Assembly: GCA_951406725.2 (NCBI GenBank)
Contig: OX597817.1
Location: 120,342,001-120,406,000, forward strand
Direction: 5' to 3'
Source: Octopus vulgaris
Lineage: Eukaryota
Length of the DNA: 64,000 nt
The notes below the pieces were generated by a model. The model ran no database searches, was not told the origin of the DNA, and worked only from the letters and a program-made list of their open reading frames with translations. The stretch's first letter is position 1, and each line of letters starts with the position of its first letter. Both the position numbers and the translations under genes were made by a program. Below, in pieces: positions 53,640-64,000 of the stretch.

Positions 53640-54220
53640 TAATAATTGTTTCTGATTTAGGCTGAAGGGCAGTAGTTTTAAAGGAAGGTGATTAGTTAAT
53701 ACCATTGAACCGAGTACATGAGAGGTATTTTATTTTGTCAACCCAGGAGGGATGAAAGGCAAATTAAGGATTATCTTGATGGGAGTTGCTAATGATCAGT
53801 CAAATGGTCAGTTTTGAGGGGAGGGAAGTAGTCAATACCATTGACCCTAGAATTTGATAGTTAGTTTATTTTATTGAAGCTTGCACAGATAAAAGGTAAA
53901 CATGAACTTGGCTAGATTTAAACTCAGAAGAGATTTAAAGCCAGAACAAATATCGAGATGCCTTTTTTCTGGTGCCATAACAATTCTGCCAAATGATGGT
54001 AATAATAATGGTTTCAAATTTTGGCACAAGACCAGTAATTTTGGGTGAGTGATAAGTTGACTACATCGCCCCCAGTGTTCAATATGTACTTATTTTATTG
54101 ATCTTGAAAGAATGAAAGGCTAAATTGACCTTGGTAGAATTATAACATAGAACATAAAGGCAGACAAAATGCCATTAAACATTTTGTTCAGCATGTTAAC
54201 GATTCTGCAGGCTAACAGCT

Positions 54221-54253
<33 letters not shown>

Positions 54254-54700
54254 TTAATAACAATGGTTTCAAATTTTCCCACAAGGGCACCAATTTTGGG
54301 AGAGGGGATAAGTCAATTACATTGACTCCACTGTTGAACTGGTACATATTTTATCAACTCCAGGAGGATGAAAGTGAAAGATGACCTCGGCAGAATTTGA
54401 ACTCAGAATGTAAAGATAGATGAAAATACCTCTAAGCATTTTGCCCGGCATGCTAACATTTCTGCCAGTTTACTACTTTAATAGTAATAATAATAATAAT
54501 AATTTTTGGCATAAGGCCAGTGATTTTTGAGGGCAAAAGTAAGTTGATGACATTGACCTGTGCTCAACTGGTACTTATTTAATCAACTTTGAAAGGATGA
54601 ATGGATAAGTTGATCTTGGCAGTATTTGAGCTCAGAACACAAAGAGCTGGAAGAAATACTGCAAACATTATGTCTGATGTACTAACAACAACAACAACAA
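53640..54700 (-). mobile_element. Head-to-tail array of about 5 SINE B copies separated by (AAT)n
   Basis: The unit aataat-ggtttcaaattttggcacaag...attgaccc...gatgaaagg...atttgaactcaga recurs at about 53645, 53800, 54008, 54262 and 54500. Confidence 0.85.
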
Positions 54701-55086
54701 CAACAGCAACAATATGCTTGAATACAAAGCATGGGGCTAGTTGACCATAAAAATATTGACTTGGATTCAAGCACTTGTAATCTTCTTCCTTATATAACTG
54801 TTAACTATTTTATCAACATTAGAATGATGAAAATCTGTGAATAGTAATATATTGGTTTGATGAATCTGCACCATATTATACTATGCCTCTTGATGCTATG
54901 TTGTCAGTTCTGAGGGACTGATCTTTCCAAGATTTTATATAACATCCTATAGCATTTTCTTAGGGTGTTTATGATTTGTAAATTCTTTACTATCAATTTC
55001 CTACATTTTGTCATTCATCTTTTTCTCTGTCTGTATAAGCATGTATATACATATACATAAATACATATATATATACATATATATAC

Positions 55087-55148
<62 letters not shown>

Positions 55149-55382
55149 ATACATAAATAAATATTCATAGCTCTATGTATCTATAAGATCCAAGTATACG
55201 GATTTTGTAAGCTTCACGCATTCATGGTGGGCATAAAAAAACAATGCTCAGGAACAATGATTTATTGGCATCAAAGGCTGTGGGCTTTTCCTATATTGAA
55301 GTTCGATAAGCTGAAAAATATCTTTTATAGCTCACAGTTATTGGGTTTCTTTGATGACAATGTAACCTTCATTTAACTAAGG

Positions 55383-55484
55383 AATCTTTGGCCTGATGAG
55401 TTGCTTGCGGAGTAGCCTTCACTGAGTAATTATAACATCAGAGGATCTGCTAGCTAGGAAACATATACATATGTAGCCTGGATT
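55383..55484 (+). ncRNA. Type I hammerhead ribozyme motif with intact core nucleotides
   Basis: aatctttggc-CTGATGA(55393)-gttgcttgcgga...tctgctagctag-GAA-ACATA-taca-TATGT-A(55475)-gcctggatt. Stems I and III pair and the cleavage triplet is GUA; stem II is imperfect at its base. Confidence 0.7.
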
Positions 55485-55510
55485 TTACCTGCTCTACTCC
55501 CTCAATTTGG

Positions 55511-55579
<69 letters not shown>

Positions 55580-55590
55580 TTTAAATATAT

Positions 55591-55641
<51 letters not shown>

Positions 55642-55740
55642 TTATGTATGTATATATATATATATGTATATTAAATGAATGGTTCACACCTGGTAACTTC
55701 GTAGTAAAGCACGGTCACTTTCAGAGTGAGCATTAGGTAA

Positions 55741-56044
55741 ATAACATATGAAAGACAGAAGATGGAATATACAATAATATTTTTGGACCTTCTATATATA
55801 TATGAAGAATTTTCCTCCTTCTGGCTGTGTTACTCTCTACAAAACAGAAAGTTGGATTGTGGAACAGTCACTTTAATAAGGTTTTTTTAATTTATTTATC
55901 ACCTGACAAGATACATCTGCACCAACGGATATGCCAGAACCAGTTGTTGAGTGTTCCACAAGAGGAATTGATGCTAAATGTGTCAAAACAATTGTTGTGG
56001 TTAATAATATATTCTTGTATATTTCCTCTTCTGTCTTTCATTTG

Positions 56045-56048
<4 letters not shown>
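55741..56048 (+). mobile_element. Hammerhead-bearing element with a 40-bp inverted copy of its 3' end
   Basis: 55741-55780 matches the reverse complement of 56009-56048 at 36/40 positions. The element abuts (TA)n and contains a decayed hammerhead at 55898-56001. Confidence 0.7.
55898..56001 (+). ncRNA. CpG-decayed type I hammerhead ribozyme motif
   Basis: atcac-CTGACaA-GATACAT...ATGTGTC-aAAAC-AATT-GTt-gtggt. Stem I 5 bp, stem II 7 bp, palindromic AATT loop. All three departures from the usual core are CG>CA or CG>TG. Confidence 0.7.
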
Positions 56049-56083
<35 letters not shown>

Positions 56084-56147
56084 ATATATTAAATATATAT
56101 ACATGTATATATATATATAAGTCTACATATATATGTGTATATATATG

Positions 56148-56183
<36 letters not shown>

Positions 56184-56184
<1 letters not shown>

Positions 56185-56364
56185 TCTTTTATTCTTTTAT
56201 TTGTTTGTCAGTTGACTGCAGCCAAGCTGGAGTACTGCCTTTAGTTGAGCAAATCAATCCTAGGACTTATTCTTTGCTGAACTGCTAAGTTACAGTGACG
56301 TAAACACACCATCATCGGTTGTCAAGCGGTGTTGGTGGGGGCAAACACAAACACACAAACATAT

Positions 56365-56402
<38 letters not shown>

Positions 56403-56532
56403 GATGGGCTTCTTTCAGTTTCTGTTTACCAAATCCACTCCCAAAGCTTTGGTTGGCCCGAGGCTATGGTAGAAGAAATTTGCCCAAGGTGCCACGCAGT
56501 GGAACTGAACCCACACAGCCACTCCTGCACCT
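56184..56532 (-). mobile_element. SINE family A, near full length with deletions
   Basis: Reverse complement of the 43604 copy; ends cacagccactcctgcacct. Confidence 0.9.
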
Positions 56533-56535
56533 ATG

Positions 56536-56567
<32 letters not shown>

Positions 56568-57049
56568 TGTATACACATATGCATAAAAATACATACATGC
56601 ATACGTACATTACATACATATACATACATTATATACATACATATGCATATGCATATAGACACATAAATATTGCGTACAATATTTGTGTACTCATATGTTG
56701 AGAATGAGAGTAAGTAACTTTATGTATTATGTTACTCATGAAATATTTATATATCTGCGTTGTGTGAGTGTGTTTGTATACACACACACAAACACGTAAC
56801 ATACTTAACATTTCTGCTATACTTTAAATTGTTATGTCTGCCATCTGGTCGTGATTTCTATGAAATAATGATTGTTACCAATCAGTGAAAAGCAAAATTA
56901 TAAAGTGTGCTAGTGTACCTTATTAACTTCTACTTCAATATTACTATAAACACATTAATTGCCCACAGATATTTCAGCAGCAGAGTATCAGTTGATTAAC
57001 TTTCAGACAAAATTTATGAAATTAATATTATAAGACAATTGACTACCAC

Positions 57050-57054
57050 CACCT

Positions 57055-57122
<68 letters not shown>
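57050..57122. repeat. Graded trinucleotide microsatellite (CTA)-(CTG)n-(TTG)n
   Basis: Seen directly; similar graded tracts at 59640-59730 and 63150-63210. Confidence 0.95.
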
Positions 57123-57134
57123 AAGCAACAAGAT

Positions 57135-57350
57135 GGGTAAGGGTGATTAGGTGATGGTCTAGGGTTTAGGGGCGGAAGACCCCAGACCTTGAAAAAAAAA
57201 TTATTATAAAAAGAACTTTGGTTGTCTTGTTGTAGTCGAGGGCTCTTTGTTGACGCCCGACACCACTGGGAGGTGGCCCTCGAAGTTACTGGAAATGAAG
57301 GTCTCCAGGTCCAAATTCTTGAATTGTAGCTGCTGACGATGATGATGATG
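57135..57350 (+). mobile_element. GC-rich unclassified element end with two stem-loops and a (GAT)n tail
   Basis: Inverted pairs ggtctagggt / accccagacc and tcgagggc / gccctcga. Probably a non-LTR retroelement 3' UTR. Confidence 0.4.
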
Positions 57351-58105
57351 ATAATTGTTTCTAATATGTGTACAAGGCCAGGAAATTGTGGTGAAGGAGA
57401 GGGAGGTAACATTTATATTATATTGATCCCAATAGTTGACTGGTATACTTTATCTTATCAACACTAGAAGAATGAAATGCATAGTTAACCTTGGAGGGAT
57501 TTCAACTTAGAAGTAAAAGAGCTAGAAGCAATACCACAGGGCATTTCTTCCAATGTTGTAGCAATTCTGCCGATCCACTGCCCTAACAACAAAAACAGCA
57601 ACAACAACAACAACAACAAAAACAACTACAAAAACAACATCAACATCAGCAGCAATAACAGTAATCTATTTTTGTCCAGTTCTAGCTTGAAATATTTGGT
57701 CTTAAGCAAAATCAACCCGAGAGATTACAAGTTTATGGCTTCTCATATAAGGAATCAATACTTCATCACACTTTCATAATCCATGTATTCTCTAATAATT
57801 TGCTTCTTCATAAACTTTTCTTTGAGAAGTATCTTTGCAAATACAGCATGTGAATAAGCTTCAGTTGAAGCAATTCAGGAGCCATTAGCCTCTATAGAAG
57901 GTAAATTGCACAACAGCCAACCATATGGAACAGAATATCTACATATGGATTTCCTGATCTGTTTAAGAATGATATTAGTAGTACAGAACAGGTCAATGCA
58001 AAATGTTTTACAAACCCATATACACATTATATATATATAATATATATATAAAACTACACAAATACCCATACATACATAATATGTTTTACAAGTGTTTTAA
58101 TATGC

Positions 58106-58138
<33 letters not shown>

Positions 58139-59100
58139 AATATATATATACATATATGCATATACATACATGTATATATAAAAATATATATATATATATA
58201 CATATATATATGTTTATGTGTATGTATATGAAACAGATGTAAAACATATTAACTATGTGTGCACTTAATATGTTTTTAACTGTTGCAGTTAATGAAATAT
58301 TTAGCTGTTTCTTTCATACTAATATGACATTAAATAGACAAAAATAAAAAAAAAAGGAACAACATTCTTTGGAATCAGTTCAATCAAATATTCGGTAATA
58401 TAGTACCTACACTATTTCTAACATTATAACCATTGAACTAAATCATTAATCCAATTGGTTGAAAAAGCAATGAATCAAGTATAAACAAATTAATTGCTAT
58501 ATTTCAAACGAATACTACATGTTCCATTTATCTTCCCCTTTGATGACAATGTTCTTGATAGCTGTAACATGACTGTCTTGTTTGATATGAAGAGGAAAAA
58601 GCATTTGATATTTATATTAGAACAGTGTTGGTCCTAATCTATTTTGACTGAATGAGGTCACAAAAACATTTTTTTTTAATCAATTAACTGCAGATATTTT
58701 AATGTAAATGATATTAGACATTATGAGTACTCAATGTGGGGAAAAAAAAAAAAAGATGCAACAAGCCTACTGAGGAAATCAGAACTATGAATACAATGCT
58801 TACAAGATGACTATGTTACTGAGTAATCCACTGAGAGCCTTTTCTTCCATACTATCAAAGTAGGTACTATAATTTGTTTATACTATTTGTACCTGTACAG
58901 TCTTATGGTTCAATTTTGTCAGCCACATACTGTAAGCAGGATAGGTTATTTGACTGATGCTCAGTATAACAAAAGAACTCTAGATTGGCTAAATGCTTTT
59001 TCTTTCATTTCATGAGAAATAGCTATTTGAATTAGCTGCTAAAAGTTTCATTTAAATGATACAAGAAGCATCAGTTTGAGCAACAATGATCTAAATACAT

Positions 59101-59500
59101 AGGCGGAGGAGTGGCTGTGTGCTAAGTAGCTTGCTTACGAACCACGTGGTTCCAGGTTCAGTCTCACTGCATGGCACCTTGGGCAAGTGTCTTCTACAAT
59201 AGCCTCGGGCCGACCAATGCCTTGTGAGTGGATTTGGTTGACAGAAACTGAAACAAGCCTGTTGTATATATGTATATGTATGTATATGTGTGCGGTGCTT
59301 GTGTGTCTGTGTTTCCCCCCCCCCCCAGCATCGCTTGACAACTGATGCTGGTGTGCTTACGTCCCCGTAACTTAGCAGTTTGGCAAATGAGACTGATAGA
59401 ATAAGTACTAGGCTTACAAAGAATAAGCCCTAGGGTTGATTTGCTTGACTAAAGGTGGTGCTCCAGCATGGTCACAGTCATATGACTGAAACAAGTAAGA
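59101..59500 (+). mobile_element. Full-length SINE family A
   Basis: Colinear with 43604-44012 throughout. Confidence 0.92.
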
Positions 59501-59673
59501 AAAAAAGAGAAAAATACTGTTTTCTTTCTTAAATTGAGGCACTCACCCAGTTTTATGTAAATGCCCACACAAATTGAAACCTGTGTTTATAATGTCCTCT
59601 CATGTGACATCCCTGTAGCAAATATAAAAAGACATTGCCATCATCGTTGTCATCATTGCTGCTGCTGCTGCTG

Positions 59674-59721
<48 letters not shown>

Positions 59722-61124
59722 TCATTATTATTGTTTGTAAAACGATCAAGATGATTTCTAGTAATATCCAATTGTTCATAATTTTTTTTTCATTTTTGCT
59801 AATTAATAGACAGTGAGACAAAGTGGAAATTAATCAGTAATTTATTTTTAATGGTTAAAAGCCCTAAATTGTTTTCCATTTTTTTTTTACAAAATGTTAA
59901 ACTTTATTATGTTTAATTATACAACCAAATTCTATTTCAAGCCTTTGAGTGCAGCTTCTGTCAGCATTATTATTCCCTACCCTGACATTAATATATTACC
60001 TAAAAACAAATGTGTAATCATTAATGATATCTCACTTTCTCTATTGTCCTCAAGGAAGAAAACAGATCATAATTAAGGTTTAAACCTTTAACTGTTGTTA
60101 GCTTAGCTGACAGCTTTATCTTTAATGGCAACAAACAGCTGAATTTTTTTTTAAATGTACCAAAAAAAATTAATGATGTAATACTAAAGAAATATATTCT
60201 CTTCTTTAAACATTATTTAATAAAACAGGTTTATTCAGATTAAATCAGATTTTTACTGAAAAATAATCTATTTTACTCTAGGCACAAGGCCCAAAATTTT
60301 GGGTGAGAGGGCCAGTTGATTGAAAAAATAATGGAGCAAGTCTGGTGATGACAATTCACTAGAGAACAAATTTGTGTCTATTCTTTATAAATTCCTTGAG
60401 TGTAGGCATCACATATTCAGTAATCATACCCAATAACTCTTTGCTGGTTGCTTAATGAACCACCAGGAAAAGGTTTAAAAAAGAGGATATTTGGTATCTT
60501 AAATTACATCTGTCTTCTCTATGTAATTATTCTAAAATCTGTTATATTCCTACTATTTTAAGATCCAGACAAATACTCATCTGATTCAAAAATAACTGCT
60601 GATGTTATAAACAAAGATAAAAATAAATAAAACATTTATCTCTGTTTCTCAGTTTAATCTTGCTTTTATCAAAATTGTCACCATCTCAGAAGAAACTAAG
60701 GACTAATTTTAGATAATCTCATCTATTTTCTGTTTCATATAGGAATATTGGTTTTCATTTTATAGTATTTTTACTTTAATTCTTTAAGTTCTTAGTGTTG
60801 AGTTTCTCTCCATATACATCCACCATCCATACCTTTGAAAAATATCAAACAGTTCAGAAGAGTAAATATTTTTGGTGGATATATTCTTCTTGTGAGAAAT
60901 AAATTAAAAAAAGAAAACAAAAATAAAAATGCCAGAGGAGAACATAAAGGACAAGAACATTTTCCTATCATGTCACCAAGACAATATACAATAAATAGAT
61001 GAAACAAAACTATGTAAATAAGCTATAACTTTTATGGTTTCAGTAACTGTCTCATTTTAACATATTCTTCTTTTGGCTATAACCAGGTCAATTTTAAATG
61101 TCAAATCGCTTATAAATAAAAACA

Positions 61125-62470
61125 GGACTGACATTATTCCTTTAAGAAACAATGAAATTAACTAATGTTAATATAACAGACAGAGCAGAATAAATAATTG
61201 AAATATCTGAGAAAATCTGAATTTACTTCTAGCTAGACAGTAGCAAGATGGTAGTCTCATTTTAAATTAGTTATTTTTCTTTGGTTAAGAGTATATCGTT
61301 TTTAAATGCCAAGGTTATTATAGATAAAAGCAAAGTATTTAAAATATGCATTTAACTAAGAGTAATCCTTTCAAAATCTTTGAACATCTATAAGGTCAGT
61401 TCAGGAGTAAACATCATCATCGTCATCACCATCATCATCATCATCACCCCCCCATCACCCCCTACTACCACCACCATCACCATCATCATCATTACCATCA
61501 TCATCATCATCATTATCAGCATTTAACATCCATATTCCATGCCTTGACAAGGTTCCTATTTCTTTACTGCCCACAAGGGGCTACACACAGAAGGGACGAA
61601 GAAGGACAGACAAATGGATTAAGTCGATTACATCGACCCCAGTACATAACTGGTACTTACTTAATCGACCCTGAATGGACGAAAGGCAAAGTCGACCTTG
61701 GCGGAATTTGAACTCAGAACGTAACGGCAGACGAAATGTCGCTAAGCATTTCACTCGGTGTGCTAACGTTTCTGTCCAATGAGTCAAAGACTGCATTGTG
61801 CTTCAACATCTGCTTTTGCAGGGTTTCTGCAGATGGATGCCCTTCTTAACTTCAACCACTTTACAGTGTGTGCTCTAGTTATCTAGTGTAATTTCTATAA
61901 ATAGATACATTGGATAAGAGAGAAGTATTACCTCATGGGTAATATGCTAATGAATTGTAGGAACTTTTCTTAGATATAGCATCTCGCTTATTCTCTAGTT
62001 AGAAACTAAAGCAATGTAGAATTACGTATTTTGTACAGAATTTAAATGAAAAGCAAACAGCGGGTATTCATTTCTAACCTTTGAGCTGGAACTCCAATTA
62101 TCTATTCAGCTATTTTGCCTCTACTTGCTGTATATGATAGTAAATAAAAGAATGTAAAGTATCTCTTTCTTAATTAAGCTCATACACAGTAGAAGTGTAT
62201 CAATCGTCTAGGTTACAGAAATGACAGGGCTGACATTATTCCTCCACAAAACAATAAAATTAACTCTAGTTATTATTATAAAAGAGTAGCAGAATAAATC
62301 AAGTGTCTGAGGAATTCTGAATTACTTCTAGCTAAACATTAGCAAGAAGTCAGTAACTGCTGGCTATTTTTCTAGATTGTTGAGAAAGTGTATTAACTTA
62401 GTTTCTGTTATATAAAAGTTCTGATTCTTTAGATATGTATTAAGTAAAAGAAGACTTTCAAATTTATGAT
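61125..62470 (+). repeat. Old local duplication (61125-61390 similar to 62229-62470)
   Basis: Shared blocks in the same order: ctgacattattcct, aaacaat.aaattaact, agcagaataaat, tctgag.aa.tctgaatt, acttctagcta.aca.tagcaaga. Confidence 0.75.
61555..61773 (-). mobile_element. Young SINE family B
   Basis: tatttctttactgcccacaagggg...aagtcgattacatcgaccccagt...gaaaggcaaagtcgaccttggcggaatttgaactcagaacgtaacggcagacgaaat. Confidence 0.92.
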
Positions 62471-63064
62471 ATAATAAATTATTAAGATATTTTCATTCTA
62501 AACTAAGTTAGTAATCAGATAAATTCTTGTGATTTATGGAATTATTAAAAGTATAAGAGATAGGAAAGGATTTCTTTGAAAATTATCCAAAGTCTCCATA
62601 ACACTCTTGGAATAATCTTGGCCAGATCACATATGGGGTATATTCAACATAAATATATCAAATAATTGGCAAACTATGACATATTCTATACCTATCAGCA
62701 AAGATAGTCATGATACTGCTTAAGCTTAGGATAATCAGAATCAGAAAATCTTCCTGTATTATCTATAAGTCATTAGTGATCATATTAGAGTCATGATAAG
62801 ATATTATCACATGTGTACTGGTTGAATGAAGTTAAATGTTATATATATATATATATATAGTTTACAAGTCACAGAGTTCTTAAGAATTTCAAATTTTTCA
62901 GGGTTAAGCAAACAGTACTCTTTATAAAGAACAACACATACACACCCACACACACACACTCATTTTCCTAAGCAAAGGTTTTTAAAAAATATGCACTCTA
63001 CACCTATCTATATCCATGTGTGTGTGTATATATGTATATATATATATAATTATAGAAGAATTGG

Positions 63065-63180
63065 CATAAGGAAGGGCATCCAACCATAGAAACCATGCCA
63101 CCTCTTGTCAAACAGTCCAAGCCATGCCAGCATGGAAAACAGACATTAACTGATGCTGCTGCTGCTGCTGCTGCTGCTAC

Positions 63181-63210
<30 letters not shown>
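63065..63210 (+). mobile_element. Family C 3' end with internal deletion
   Basis: aggaagggcatccaaccatagaaac...gccatgccagcatggaaaacagacattaa followed by (GCT)n(GAT)n. Confidence 0.8.
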
Positions 63211-63211
<1 letters not shown>

Positions 63212-63706
63212 TTATAGAAGAAATGTAGAATGATTCAATGTATTTATGTCATATTTATTTTTCTGATAAATTATATTCTTTATGTAAATTTGAATTTATT
63301 CGGTATAATTCCTCCAAACATAAATATAATAATGATAATAATAATAATAATAATAATAATATATATACATATATATATGTATATATGTATATATGTATAT
63401 ATATATGTATATATGAAGGTGAAAGTGATTTGTGCATTCTATCTGTTTGAAGCTTGTATTTTGTTTACTGAGAGGGTTCCAGTCATAGCTTTGATGGCTA
63501 AATGTCTGGCAGTGTCTGATCAACTAACTGTGATAGTCTTGAGACATTTCTTTTGGACTGAGTTGAGTTTGCCAAATATGCTACTGAAATAAGTCATCCA
63601 AGAAAGGCAGGATATACCATATTTCTTTAAACATGTATGTCTAAAAGAATCAGGCAGCTTGGTTGTGATTTTGTTGTCTCCTTCAGTTTCCTAAGAATTC
63701 ACATAT

Positions 63707-64000
63707 GTGGAGGCACATGGCCTAGTGGTTAGAGCATCAGAGTTGCGGTTGAGGAATCACAGGTTCGAATCTTAGACCGGGTGATGTGTTTTTATGAGTG
63801 AAACACCTAAGCTTCATGTGACTCCGGCAGAAGGTAATGGCGAACTTCTGCTGACTCTTTCACCACAACTTTCTCTCACTCTTCCCTCCTGCATCTTGCA
63901 GCTCACTTGATGGACTGGCGTCCCGTCCATGTGAGGAACCTATAAGCCAAAGAAACCGGGAAACCGGCCCTTATGAGCCAGGTGTGGCTTGAGAAGGAAC
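63707..64000 (+). mobile_element. tRNA-derived SINE family D (runs to the window edge)
   Basis: A box tggcctagtgg (63718-63728), B box ggttcgaatct (63762-63772), then a long non-tRNA body. Confidence 0.88.

Noticed and set aside
57236-57285. SECIS-like hairpin
   Set aside because: Lacks the AUGA/GA quartet and apical AA, and there is no associated UGA-containing ORF.
57865-57900. Possible 36-nt microexon EAIQEPLASIE (similarly 48360-48390)
   Set aside because: Weak acceptor context; such signal pairs are expected by chance in AT-rich DNA.
63707-63785. tRNA gene-like sequence
   Set aside because: No complete cloverleaf or terminator; it continues into a SINE body shared with 48878 and 31228.

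Overview
Very AT-rich, repeat-dense animal DNA, most likely from an octopod cephalopod (Octopus-like). This rests on my recognition of the tRNA-derived SINE families and the dense (TA)n/(CA)n/(GAT)n/(AAT)n microsatellites. No intact protein-coding gene can be supported: most long ORFs in the track are microsatellite or SINE translations, and the rest match nothing I recognise. The window reads as intronic/intergenic sequence. A CpG-retaining domain at about 24-29 kb lies between two CpG-depleted flanks, and a few candidate, mostly non-coding, exons point away from it. Repeats include at least four SINE/LINE-tail families, an RTE-type LINE ORF2 remnant, and MITEs of hAT, piggyBac and Merlin type. 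The most notable signal is a set of hammerhead-ribozyme cores (CUGANGA...GAAA...NUH) in at least six unrelated short elements at about 18.3, 30.2-30.5, 38.5, 42.1, 55.4 and 55.9 kb. Most sit in (TA)n tracts, three are built as divergent inverted duplications, and several are damaged specifically at CpG positions. This fits Penelope-like pseudo-LTR or retrozyme-type elements. All structures were assessed by eye and none was computed.
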